From Octopus vulgaris (Eukaryota), in the NCBI GenBank assembly GCA_951406725.2, contig OX597818.1, positions 49,848,001-49,912,000 on the forward strand: a stretch of 64,000 nt of DNA, written 5' to 3'. A program made the position numbers and the translations under genes. The notes below the pieces were generated by a model. That model made no database searches. It was not told the origin of the DNA and saw nothing but the letters and a program-made list of their open reading frames with translations. Position 1 is the stretch's first letter. Every line of letters starts with the position of its first letter. Of this stretch, positions 48,561-61,264 are shown piece by piece.

Positions 48561-49759
48561 CAATCACCATTTAAATATGTTGCAGCACTCCTCTTTGCAC
48601 TTATCTTCCAACACACAGTATCTAAACATCTTGTAGCTATCACTGTCTTTACTTCCATTCTTTCCACACATTAACATCATGAAGCTTCTCTTCATTTACA
48701 ATATATATTGACTATATTTTGAATAGTGGTGTTAGCTGAGATAGAATTTTTGAATCCAAAGTATTACAAGGCATAATTTTAGAGCTTAAGATTTTGATCT
48801 CAAATCCTGCTGTAAGTGAATTAAAATTTCATCTCTCCATAGTGAATGAAATAAGTACATATAAAGTATTGAATTTAATTCAGACACGCAAATTTGTGAA
48901 GCGTTCCATATTTTTGCCAGAGCGGCTAACTGGCTTCCGTGCCGGTGGCATGTAAACGGTACCATTCGAGCATGATTGTTACCAGTATCGCCTTACTGGC
49001 ACCTGTGCCAATGGCATTTGTAAAAAGATTCGAGCAAGGTCATTGCCAGTACCGCCTGACTGATCCTCATGCTGGTGGCACGTAAAAGCACCCACTACAC
49101 TCTCGGAGTGGTTGGCGTTAGGAAGGGCATCCAGCTGTAGAAACTCTGCGACATCAAGATTGGAGCTTGGTGCAGCCATCTGGTTCACCAGCCCTTAGTC
49201 ATTCGTCCAACCCATGCTAACATGGAAAGCGGACGTTAAACTATGATGATGACGACTATAAACCTTTCATATAAAACTGACTTTATACATAAGTAAGAAA
49301 CTAATATTGATCACATGTTCGAAATCAGCATAAGAAATGTAATCAATATCAGCTTTATGTTGTGTAAAGTTAGAACAGAGTTCTTTCATACATGCACATG
49401 TTTTTAATTTCCATTGTTAACTATAACATTATTGATTATATGTTTCCATTGGATTAATCCCTGGTTCATGGCATTTCCAATGGTGAGAATAACAAAGAAA
49501 TGTCTCTAACTCAGTGGGCTTATTTTGGTTAGTATTGTTTTTTGCTGATATTTAGAGTCTGGTGTAAACTTGCCATGAAATGTTCTGAAGAATAATCTCT
49601 TTACTTACAGCACAATTTATATTTCTAGGTATAAATTCTGATGTATGTTCATTCATATATGTGTGATGGATTATGTAGCTTTGCTTATTTAACTAACATA
49701 CATACATATAAAACAGCTGTCCACTAATGGAATAAACATCTGTTCTTTAATTTCTCTTA

Positions 49760-50600
49760 TCTGTGTACATGTTCGACAGAGTATAAGCATCTTGAGAGAA
49801 AAGTTAGGCATAAGAAGAATCAGAGGTGGTGTGCAAGAGAGACAGCTGCACTGGTATGGTCGTGATGCGTATGGACAAGGACAGTTGTGTAAAGAAGTGC
49901 TGATCGCTAACTGTGGAGGGAACCTGTGGTGGAGATAGACCCAGGAAGACATGTGATGAGGCAGTGAAGCATGATCTTCGAACTTTGAACCTCACAGAGG
50001 CAATGACTAGTGACCGAGACCTCTGGTGATGTGCTCTGCTGAAGAACACCTGTCAAACCAAGTGGACCTGTGTTGGTGGCATGTAAAAATCAACCTTTGA
50101 ACGTTGGGCCTCATGGAGGTAAAGTGGCTGAGTTCCTTTCTAGTGTTGGGTCTCATGGAGGTGAGGTGACTGAGTTCCTTTCAAGCATTGGGCCTCATGG
50201 AGGCAGAGTGGCTGAGTTCCTTTTGAATGTTGGGCCTCATGGAGGTGAGGTGGCTGAGTTCCTTTTGAGCATTAGGCCTCATGGAGGCAAAGTGGCCAAG
50301 TTCATTCCGAGTGTTGGGCCTGGCGGAGGCAACGACCAAAACCTTTGGCAATATGTCGTGCTTGAGAAGACCCATCAAGCCAAGCAAAATTGCAGTCGTG
50401 GCAGATACTGGTGTCACGCAAATGGCACCTGTGCTGGTGGCACATTAAAGCGTCCATTACACTCTCAGAGTAGTTGGCATTAAGAAGGGCATCCAGCCAT
50501 AGAAAACCATGCCAAATCAGCCTGGTGCAGCCTTTCAATGTGCCAGCCCAAACATCCAACCCATACCAGCATGGACAATGGACATTAAAGGATGATGATA
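49760..50600 (+). mobile_element. RTE LINE 3' end with an internal 42-bp minisatellite
   Basis: Frameshifted LHWYGR..GRPRKT region, about five 42-bp units at 50103-50330, then the family D UTR and GAT tail. Confidence 0.8.
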
Positions 50601-52737
50601 ATATATATGTATATATATATAATATCCATTCACTAGACCAACCAGTGAATTTGGCAGGCTGAAACTATGCAGAAGTCCATTGTATATGTATGTGTTCTTG
50701 TATGTGAATGTTGATATTCCACAGTTTTGCACATCACCATTATGTCTGAGCAGAAAGGTGATATGGTGTTTACATCCCTTGTCGATGTCATGACTGGTTG
50801 CTCCACAGTTTAGAAGACGTGTGGAGTCAAAAATTCCATACTTGTAAAACAGCTAAAGATTGATGACAGGAAGGCTATTGAGTCTTAAAATCCCAGCTCA
50901 AATATATTTCTGTGCAAACCTGGAATAATGGATGGTAAATGAAAAAGATTGAATTTGATAAGTTTTCCCAAAGTAAGTATTGTCGGCCCACGGTTATGGT
51001 AGAAAATATTTGTCCATGGTACTACAAAATAGGATTGAACCATGAACCATGTGGCTGTGAAGCAGACTATTTAATCACAGCCATGCCTGTGTCCAAATGA
51101 TGATACACCTGCATATGTGGTTTGGATGTGTGAAAGCTGAAAATAAATGAGACAAACATGAGTTATGTTAGTATGCAGAAATTGGCTGAAAGGAAAACAA
51201 GGTATAAAAGGAATCAACTGTAGAATGTAAGAGAGAAGACTACTAGTATGGACAAGTGATGTGTATGAATGATGATGACATTGGGTAAGCAAGTGGCTTG
51301 TGGTCCAGACAGAAAGTTTGGGGAAGAGGGTGATTTCAAGAGGCCAAACCACATGAATGAGGTGAGCTGCATGATGCAGGAGGAAAGAGTGAGAGAAAGT
51401 TGTGGTGAAAGAGTCAGCAGAAGTTAGCCATCATCTTCTGCCGGAGCTGCGTGGAGCTTAGGTGTTTTGCTCATAAACACACCCATCGCCCAGTCTGAGA
51501 TTCGAACCCATGATCCCTTGACTGTGAGTCTGCTGCTCTAACCACTAGGCCATGTGCCTCCACATATATAATGTATTACACATTAAATCTTGGACAATAA
51601 CTTTTATATTTTTTTCTTTTTACCTTGTTTCAGTCATTAGACAGAGGCCATGCTGGGGCACCACCTTGAAGAATATTAGTTGAACAAATTGACCCAAGTA
51701 TTTATTTTTTAAAAATCTGGTGCTGAATCACTAAGTTACTGGGAGGTAAACACACCAACGCCGGTTGTTAAGCAGTGGTGACACACACACACACACACAT
51801 TTACATGATGGTCTTCTTTTCAGTTTCCATCTACCAAATCCACTCATAAGGATTTGGTTGACTTGAGGCTTTAGAAGACACTTGTTCAAAGTGCCACACA
51901 GTAGGACTGAACCTGGAACCCGTGTGGTTGGGAAGCAAACTTCTTACCACTCTGGTACATATAAGGCCTCTGCCTATATGTAAGTTTGTAAAGCAAACAT
52001 TATTTTATCCTTTTGCCAGATCCAGTATTTGGACTGTGTCATTGACTTCACAGTCTTGCCTGCTGTACTTTGATACTTATTTTGTTAATCTCTATTAAAT
52101 GACTGAGTCTTTGTTTAGAATAAAGCTCATAAATTCGCATGAAAAGAATGATACAGTATTTTTGCTCTAATTATCAATTGTTCCTTACTGTTATATATAT
52201 GTGTGTGTGTATTTCTTTTCTGTTCCATAATTTATCATGCCGGTGGCACGTAAAAAAGCACCATCCATACGTGGCCGATGCCAGCTCTGCCTTGACTGGC
52301 TTCTGTGTCGGTGACACGTAAAAACCACCAACCGTTCGTGGCTGTTGCCAGCCTCCCCTGGCACCTGTGCTGGTGGCACGTAAAAAGCACCCACTACACT
52401 CAAGGAGTGGTTGGCATTAGGAAGGGCATCAAGCTGTAGAAACACTGCCAACCCATGCTAGCATGGAAAACGGACGTTAAATGATGATGATGAGGATGAT
52501 GATCAGTGGTAGAACTAATGGAGAGGGCCATAAGTTCAATTCATTTCTGGGATGTAGATACATTTTTATCTTCTGTAATAAACTTTGTTGTGTATTTGTA
52601 TATATATATTAGATGTAAGAATAAACTGAGGTTGTACACAGGAAGAAGTAATGATCAAGGAAATCTGACTGGAAGCAGATTCTTCATAAAAAGGTGTCAT
52701 AAAAGATCTGCTTAATTAATTATAAAACTGTACAGGT

Positions 52738-53205
52738 AGTAGAAATATTATAATTCTAAATATCTCAGAGAGGTATAAGCCATAGCGGTATGATAGAGTA
52801 GTTGTATACTGTCAACTTAATGTGACAGTCCCATGAAGGGAATCATACCACTGCTATTTAGCCCTAGGAAGCATCAACGCTTCCTGTCAGCCTTGACACA
52901 TTTCCTGTGTCCTTATGTTTATAAAGGGGAGACAAGCACCTCCACCAAGCTAAGCCTGCATCCAGAGACTAGTTTCTGAGTCTTTACTTGTCATCAGTCT
53001 GGAGTAGCATGGCTTGCTAGCTGGAGATGCCTGTCTAGCCCTTGTAAACATATAAGAATTCTAGTGAAATAAATCCACTGATTACAAAAATAGAAATATT
53101 ACATTTCTAAATATCTCAGAGATATTAGTAGTAGTGGTACGATAGAGTAGTTGTGATTTCCTTCATGGGACTGTCACATTAAGTTGACAGTATATAACTA
53201 CTGTA
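52738..53205. mobile_element. Penelope-like LTR remnant with direct and inverted sub-repeats
   Basis: 52740-52805 recurs at 53092-53155, 52800-52845 is inverted at 53155-53200, and a hammerhead fold lies at 52961-53003. Confidence 0.6.
52961..53003 (-). ncRNA. Minimal type I hammerhead ribozyme fold (stem II partly decayed)
   Basis: Minus strand UCCAGA-CUGAUGA-CAAGU(AAAG)ACUCA-GAAAC-UA-GUC-UCUGGA. Perfect 6-bp stem I, complete core, palindromic ACUAGU at stem III. Confidence 0.65.
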
Positions 53206-53424
53206 CAGATAGTAAAAACTACCAAATGTTTATCATTATGTTATTAAAAGATACTTACTGAAGGAGCATTTAAATTATGTTGAGTAACGTATGATCTACT
53301 TTACAGAAGTATGTGTGTGTGTATTTTAGTATTAGAAAATTATATTTTAAATGGAAAATTTTATTAACCATAGGAAGTGTATTGAATAAAATTTGTATAT
53401 TGTGATGTATGCAACTATAGAAGA

Positions 53425-53785
53425 ATCAAATTGGTGAATTAATTAAAGAAAGTAACAGAAAGAATTATAACACAAATAATTATGAAGAGAATTTGCTTAG
53501 GTGAGATGCAGTGCCCGATATTCTCATCCTAGTAAAACAAATTCTTGAATTATTAAAATCAAATCTTAATTTCCATGGAAAAAAAAAGCAAAAAACTATG
53601 GTAGTTCGGTTTGTAGGTCTTTGACAGGTACCACGCCAAGCAAAAATGGGTTTAGTTGAATGGCTTGTGAGAACCACCCAAGCCATGTTTAGAGATGTCA
53701 TCAACAAAGTCGGAGCTAGTAATTCTTTCAGAGTGGAATTTAGCGAAAAGATAGGTGTCTGTCTAGGTTTCCAATATCAGAGGAG
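53425..53785 (+). repeat. Duplicate of 56653-57010 (decayed RTE reverse-transcriptase segment)
   Basis: Near-identical blocks of about 360 bp, with remnants VFDRVPR and GLVEWLVRTTQAMF. Confidence 0.8.
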
Positions 53786-54649
53786 TTATATAAAGGACAT
53801 GTCATAATGATTTATTCATTCTGAATCTCCTTGCTTCCACCATGTCCTGCTACACCACTTTCTTTCTGAGTTGTGATGCTTGATCAAGGATGGCTGTGAT
53901 TGCACACTTGCAATTTTTACTCTTTCCCAGAGTATTCTATCAACATGTCCTATTCTCTTCACTTCGTTTGGCGTTTTACTTTGAGAACATGTTCATCCTC
54001 CTTTTCTGCTAGTCTCTCCATTACCACACCCCCACAATGACACATTCCTTCCTTTACACTGTAACTTCCCCCAACGCCACCCTCTCAATAAACCTGTTTT
54101 GCTGGCATATTGTAACACCTCCCCACAAAAGTCACCATTCTTTTACCATTGTGTTTTAACTTTTCCCAACATCACATCTGAAGTCATACTGATCACTCAA
54201 ATTAGATGGAACCCATGGAAGAGGGAGACCCTGAAAGATATGTGATGGAGAACTGAAGGACAATCCCAAGACACTGAATCTTATGGAGAAGATGACAATG
54301 GATCGAGATATCTGGTACCTTGTTGTATTCAAGAAGACCCATCCTCCACAGCATCCCCCCTGATGAAGAGGATTGACCCACTAAAGTCCTGTGCTGGTGC
54401 CACATAAAAAGCACCTATTTTGGAACTATGTAGAGAAGTACCCGTGTTGGTACCACATTAAAAGCACTCAGCACACTCTAAAGTGGTTGGCATTAGGAAA
54501 GGCATATCCAGCTATAGAAACCATGCCAAACCAGATTGGAACCTGGTGCAGCTCTCCTACTTGCCAGCTCTGATCAAACTGTCCAACCCATGCCAGCATG
54601 AAAAACGAATGTAATTCGAGTTGGCCAAGGCCTAACGTAGTGGCTTTAA

Positions 54650-55069
54650 GGCGGTGAGCTGGCAGAATCGTTAGGACGCCGGGCGAAATGCTCAGCGGTA
54701 TTTCGTCAGCCGCTACGTTCTGAGTTCAAATTCCGCCGAGGTCGATTTTGCCTTTCATTCTTTCGGGGTCGATAAATTAAGTACCAGTTGCGCACTGGAG
54801 TCGATATAATCGACTTAATTCGTCTGTCTGTCCTTGTTTGTCCCTTCTGTGTTTAGCTCCTTGTGGGTAGTAAAGAAATAGGTATTTCGTCAGCCGCTAC
54901 GTTCTGAGTTCAAATTCCGCCGAGGTCGACTTTGCCTTTCATCCTTTCGGGGTCGATAAATTAAGTACCAGTTACGCACTGGAGTCGATGTAATCGACTT
55001 AATCCCTTTGTCTGTCCTTGTTTGTCCCCCGCCCCCTATGTTTAGCCCCTTGTGGGCAATAAAGAAATA
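54650..55069 (+). mobile_element. SINE family A, head plus two bodies
   Basis: Family A consensus with a GAAATA-GG-TATTTC junction near 54880. Confidence 0.85.
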
Positions 55070-55224
55070 GATATTTAGTTCCAGAAGCACACACTGACTC
55101 GCAGATGTAAGGGAGATAACTTTGTAAGGGAGATAACTTTCTGTTTTTTTATACTTCATTTCTCAAGTAACTTTCATTTGTTATTGGGTTTACTTGACAT
55201 TGAAGAAAAAAACATTTATTACTT

Positions 55225-55424
55225 ACTCTTTTACTTGTTTCAGTCATTTGACTGTGGCCATGCTGGAGCACCGCCTTTAGTCGAGCAAACTGACCCCAGG
55301 ACTTATTCTTTGTAAGCCCAGAACTTATTCTATCGGTCTTCTTTTGCCGAACCGTTAAGTGACGGGGACGTAAACACACCAGCATCGGTTGTCAAGCAAT
55401 GCTAGGGGGACAAATACAGACACA

Positions 55425-55486
<62 letters not shown>

Positions 55487-55630
55487 CGACAGGCTTCTTT
55501 CTGTTTCCGTCTACCAAATCCACTCACAAGGCATTGGTCGGCCCGGGGCTATAGCAGAAGACACTTGCCCAAGATGCCACGCAGTGGGACTGAAACCGGA
55601 ACCACGTGGTTGGTTAGCGAGCTACTTACC
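55225..55630 (-). mobile_element. SINE family C
   Basis: Reverse complement of 12340-12738 with an expanded (CA)n(TA)n centre. Confidence 0.85.
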
Positions 55631-55635
55631 AAATA

Positions 55636-55674
<39 letters not shown>

Positions 55675-55843
55675 GGTTTAAGTAATTGAGATTCAAGTGA
55701 ATTCTGATGAATTCACATGAATATGGTCCTTAACTAGGATGCACCGGAAATCTATATGGTGTTAACCATACGTCAAGTGGGGTGATTACAAATAGGAAAA
55801 AAGCAATTGTACCGATATTTTAATCCATTCTTGTTGCTTTTTT

Positions 55844-55879
<36 letters not shown>

Positions 55880-55881
<2 letters not shown>

Positions 55882-57120
55882 GATTGCAAGACGGTGTGTT
55901 GTTCAAAATGTCGCCCAGGAATGTGTATATGGAGTGATAACGTTGCAATAGCCAGTATTGATGCTGAGAAAAAAGAGGCATGGAAATGTTAGTACGGGAG
56001 GGTTCTGGATATGGAGAATGTATGGGAGTGAGAAGGACTACTTCAAACAGAACTAACGTAAGGGCCCAGCTATACGATCGATACTTAAGTATATGTATAC
56101 AGGGAAATAGCTAGAACATCAGGGATAATATCTGGCGATGCAGGGCAGTCACATAGTAAACCAGGCTGCATAGAGAAGTTTCATATCAAACTAGCAGTAT
56201 CGCCCGGCGTTGCTGGGGTTTGTAAGGGAAATAACTATATAAGCATTTTTAGAGATGTAAAGTATAATAGCCATCTCAATATGGCTAACCACAAAGGGGG
56301 GGGGGTTACTGTAGCTTTTTACGTTCTGAGATTTAATAATACATTTTTAGAGAGTTACTTCCCTTATATAATAGCAAAAAAATGCATTAAAAATGGGAAA
56401 AAATGATGGTAAATTTTTTTTAAATCGTAGACGCGCGCTAATACCCAGAAGGGCTCGATATGAATCACGACTATAAGATACCCGCTTTTGGTTACACTGC
56501 ACCGCAAAATGTGGGAGTAGTTAGGAATCTAAATCGTAGGAGACAGACACACAACTTCACTTTTATATATAAAGGTGACTATCACAGCAGTATTATCATC
56601 ACCTGTTACAAGAGCAAAGGATATATTTTAGAAGGTAGCAACTAAAGAAAAATCAAATTGGTGAATTAATTAAAGAAAGTTGCAGAAAGAATTATAACAC
56701 AAATAATTATGAAGAGAATTTGCTTAGGTGAGATGCAGTGTTCGATATTCTTATCCTAGTAAAACAACTTGAATTATTAAAATCAAATCTTAATTTCCAT
56801 GGGGAAAAAAAAGCAAAACACTATGGTAGTTCGGTTTGTAAGTCTTTGACAGGTACCACGCCAAGAAAAAATGGGTTTAGTTGAATGGCTTGTGAGAACC
56901 AACCCAAGCCATGTTTAGAGATGTCATCAACAAAGTCAGAGCTGGTAATTCTTTCAGAGTGGAATTTAGCGAAAAGATAGGTGTCTATCTAGGTTTCTAA
57001 TATCAGTGGAGTTCGAGACAAACTGTACCAGGGAACTTATGTGTAATGATGACTTACTTAGTTTTCATATCTAAATCTTTTGACTATCGAAAGAAAAATT
57101 CTAAAATGTATGAACATAAC
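55880..57120 (+). mobile_element. Old decayed RTE LINE ORF fragment, interrupted by a Helitron
   Basis: Remnants DAEKKEAWK, SSIIITCYKSKG and VFDRVPR occur in RT order, with many stops and frameshifts. Confidence 0.7.
56191..56574 (-). mobile_element. Non-autonomous Helitron (second family)
   Basis: The minus strand ends with the hairpin CCCAGCAACGCCGGG, then CTAG|T. The other end is TATATA-rich. The RTE frame resumes on both sides with no TSD. Confidence 0.7.
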
Positions 57121-57203
57121 TTAGAATCTAGTGATCTCAAAGAAAGTAAATTTAGCAATAACAAAAGTTTTGATTAACAAGGAAAAAGTCTGAACTGAAA
57201 AAG

Positions 57204-57785
57204 TGGCGAGCTGGCAGAAACGTTAGCACGCCGGGCGAAATGCTTAGCGGTATTTCGTCTGCCGTTATCTTTCGAGTTCAATTTTCGCCGAGGTCGACTT
57301 TGCCTTTCATCCCTTCGGGGTCGATTAAATAAGTACCAGTTACGCACTGGTGTCGATATAATCGACTTAATCCATGTGTCTGTCCTTGTTTGTCCTCTCT
57401 GTGTTTAGCCCCTTGTGGGTAGTAAAGAAATAGGTATTTCGTCTGCCACTACGTTCTGAGTTCAAATTCCGCCAAGGTCGACTTTGCTTTTCATCCTTTC
57501 GGGGTCGATTAAATAAGTACCAGTTACGCACTGGGGTCGATATAATCGACTTAATCCGTTTGTCTGTCCTTGTTTGTCCTCTCTGTGTTTAGCCCCTTGT
57601 GGGTAGTAAAGAAATAGGTATTTCGTCTGCCACTACGTTCTGAGTTCAAATTCCACCAAGGTCGACTTTGCTTTTCATCCTTTCGGGGTCGATTAAATAA
57701 GTACCAGTTACGCACTGAGGTCGATATAATCGACTTAATCCGTTTGTCTGTCCTCTCTGTGTTTAGCCCCTTGTGGGCAATAAAG
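57204..57785 (+). mobile_element. SINE family A, head plus three bodies
   Basis: Three units of about 185 bp joined by AAAGAAATA|GGTATTTCGTC. Confidence 0.88.
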
Positions 57786-58267
57786 TCTGAACTCTACTAA
57801 CACAAACGAAGTAACTTTGCTCAACATACAGCGAAGAAGCTGACGGAAATTTCATACAGTATATCCAACGTAAAATAGGGGCGCATAAAAGGACTTTGTA
57901 TCAAGAAACCTAGCCAAGATCTGATATACTAATGCTTCGAATTGTTTAGTAGACCCTTGGTTGGTTTCGCCGTTGATGTTTGTTTTAATTACATTTATCT
58001 ACGTTAGGAGCAAGGAAACTGATTATTTTGTGTGTGCCTTCCAACTAGTTGAAACAGTTCAATTCGACCTTTCACGACCTCTGTCTCATAACTCGGCCAC
58101 TTAACAATCAGGACAGGAAAAGGTTTGTCTAGGCAGCTGCGTCCTACTTCTCAACAAGTACAGCAACAGAGAAGATCACAGTTTAGGGGGGTCTAAATTC
58201 CTCACCACCATCACCTTTACAATGCGAGAGTACCAACCATCGTCTCACTTCAGCACCACCAAAACAG

Positions 58268-58291
58268 CAACTACTACTACTGCTGCTGCTG

Positions 58292-58343
<52 letters not shown>

Positions 58344-58362
58344 AACTACTACTACTACTACA

Positions 58363-58398
<36 letters not shown>

Positions 58399-58411
58399 GC
58401 TGCTGCTGTTG

Positions 58412-58452
<41 letters not shown>

Positions 58453-58464
58453 GCTGCTGCCACC

Positions 58465-58511
<47 letters not shown>

Positions 58512-58528
58512 AACTACTACTGCTGCTG

Positions 58529-58566
<38 letters not shown>

Positions 58567-58604
58567 GCCACTACTACTACTACTACTACTGTTGCTGCGG
58601 CTAT

Positions 58605-58649
<45 letters not shown>

Positions 58650-58705
58650 CACTACTACTACTACCACCACCACCACCACCACCACCACCACTACTACTAC
58701 TGCTG

Positions 58706-58768
<63 letters not shown>
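58268..58768. repeat. Compound trinucleotide microsatellite (ACT)n/(ACC)n/(GCT)n, about 500 bp
   Basis: Directly visible. It explains the poly-T/S/V/L ORFs in the track. Confidence 0.97.
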
Positions 58769-59648
58769 GGCCCGCAATTTGTCACACGCACAAATATTTT
58801 TTCACTAGCCATTTCAATGCGGTCAGAGAAGCTTACAAATGCTTTTTAGCAATCAAGCATTTTTTTTTATATATGCCGTTAAATACGTATACAGATTTGG
58901 ATCACTTGACTGAATTATGAAATTTTATAAACGTTTGCAAATAAACATTTTTATGTATAATGAAATACAACTTTTTTTTTTTATTTTCCTTCAATTTAAT
59001 CGATACATTTGTTCACATTGACGACTTCATCCACATTCACAGTCGTTTATATTGGAGACACCTTGTTCAATAACGTTTACTTTCGGTGACCTACATACTC
59101 AACGTTTACAACGGGTAATCCCGTATTTAAAACTGGAAAATCACAACAGTTTCTACAACTGCTCGTGTACAAGAAGACTAGAAGCAGCAAACAATAAGAA
59201 CTCGTGAAACAGACTTTCTCTAATTCATGGAAAAAATTTTCCGAATGTGTGGAAGGTTCTTCAGAAAGCAATTGATAACTTCTGATGTCTAAATGGGATC
59301 TTTACCTGTTGACGTACAGATTTAAAAAAACAATTTTTTGTTACTAAAGATCCGTCTAATTGATTTAATTAGCTGTGAAGGTCCCACCGAAAACAATAGC
59401 AAGAGAAAGAACAGGTGGAGAAGTTCAGAGCGCTATTAATTCTGCAGCGATTCTGTCTCCGGGAGACATTGAGGTTAAATGACGTGGCTATTTGCTGCAG
59501 ACAACGTGTGAAAGCTGGGAAATAAAATGAAGCAAGCATATTTGTTTAAAATGTAATTTTAGTGTGCATGGATTCATAGTTCTGTCCTGTTTCCTTTTTG
59601 TGTGATAAACTTTGTGTTTGTATGAGCGTGTATTTATTTATATGACAA

Positions 59649-60020
59649 CTAGCACAATGACCCGGCAACGCCGGGTCATAGTGCTAGTGCATGCATATAC
59701 AGCTGCGTGCGTGCGCACATACACGCGAGTACTGTCCAAATCTCCGACCAATCACATACAGCTAGCTGGCATTCAATTGGCGTATCAAGTTTCGGACATT
59801 TTGATTGGGTTTTGGATAGAAAATTCACAAAAAAGTCACTTCTATTGATTTTTATAATGGTTTTACAGGGTGACTGGGGAAATATAAAGATGTGCACAAC
59901 CACCCTTGGACGGTTTTGAATGACCATAGAAAGTGCGAGCCCTCTAACTGAAAAATTGTGGATTTATATAAAGGACACCCACACACACACAGACAGACAT
60001 TTTGCCGTTTATATATATAT
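59649..60020 (-). mobile_element. Non-autonomous Helitron with intact terminal palindrome
   Basis: Hairpin CTAGCACAATGACCCGGC-AAC-GCCGGGTCATAGTGCTAG at the CTAG end. Body shared with 14219-14686. Confidence 0.78.
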
Positions 60021-60286
60021 CCTTTGTAAGCCTGGTACTTATTCTATCGGTCTCTTTTGCCGAACCGCTAAGTCACGGAGACGTAAACACACCGACATCG
60101 GTTGTCAAGCGATGGTGAGAGGACAAGCACAGAAACACAAATACTTATATATATATATATGTGTATACGACGGGTTTCTTTCCATTTCCGTCTACCAAAT
60201 CCATTCACAAGGCTTTGCTCGACTCGAGGCTATAGCAAAGAACGCTTGCCCACTACAACCCGGAACCATGTGGTTGGGAAGGCAAC

Positions 60287-61223
60287 TTCTTATTTCTTTA
60301 TTGCCCACAAGGGGCTAAAAATAGAGGGGACAAACAAGGACAGATAAAGGGATCATGTCGATTACATCAACACCATTGCATAACTGGCACTTAATTTATC
60401 GACCCCGAAAGGATGAAAGGCAAAGTCGACCTCGGCGGAATTTGAACTCAGAACGAAACGGCAGACGAAATACGGCTAACGCATTTCGCTCGGCGTGCTA
60501 ACGTTTCTGCCAGTTCGCCGCCTTCTTATTTCTTTATTGCCCACAAGGGGCTAAACGTAGAGGGGACAAACAAGGACAGATAAAGGGATCATGTCGATTA
60601 CATCAACACCATTGCATAACTGGCACTTAATTTATCGACTCCGAAAGGATGAAAGGCAAAGTCGACCTCGGCGGAATTTGAACTCAGAACGAAACGGCAG
60701 ACGAAATACGGCTACGCATTTCGCTCGGCGTGCTAACGTTTCTGCCAGTTCGCCGCCTTCTTATTTCTTTATTGTCCACAAGGGGCTAAACGTAGAGGGG
60801 ACAAACAAGGACAGACAAGGGGATTAAATCGATTACATCGACGCCAGTGCGTAACTGGTACTTTATTTATCGACCCCGAAAGGATGAAAGGCTGAGTCGG
60901 CCTCGGCGGAATTTGAACTCAGAATGTAAAGACGGGCAAAATGCTGCTAAGTATTTTTCCCGGCGTGCTGACGTTTCTGCTAGCTCGCCGCCTTAATGAT
61001 AATAATAATCCTTTCCATTATAGGCACAAGGCCTGAAATTTGGGGGGAGGGGGCCAGTCGATTAGATCGACCTCAGTACACAACTGGTACTTAATTTATC
61101 GACTCTGAAAGGACGAAAGACAAAGTCGACCTCGGCAGAATTTGAACTCAGAACGTTAAGACAGACGAAATAATGCTAAGCGTTTTGCCCGGCATCTTAA
61201 CGATTCTGCCAGCTCGCTGCCTT
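60287..61223 (-). mobile_element. Head-to-tail run of four family A SINEs
   Basis: Complete units at about 60287-60522, 60526-60757, 60760-60992 and 61008-61223. The first two share private variants (GGGATCATGTCG, CAACACCATTGCAT), which implies local duplication. Confidence 0.85.
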
Positions 61224-61264
61224 AATGATGATGATGATGATGATGATGATGATAATGATGATAG

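Noticed and set aside
50070-50483. ORF with 14-aa GPHGG repeats
   Set aside because: It is the translation of a 42-bp minisatellite inside an RTE 3' end.
55697-55760. CTGATGA followed by GAAA as a possible hammerhead
   Set aside because: There is no GAAAC/NUH arrangement or compatible stems, and the CTGATGA lies within a simple GTGAATT/AATTCAC palindrome.
57204-57785. Regular repeats suggestive of a CRISPR array
   Set aside because: The units are about 185-bp SINE bodies without unique spacers, there are no cas genes, and the context is eukaryotic.
58183-58920. Long poly-Thr/Ser/Val/Leu ORFs that look mucin-like
   Set aside because: They are reading frames of an (ACT)n compound microsatellite, open on both strands, with no signal peptide or splice support.
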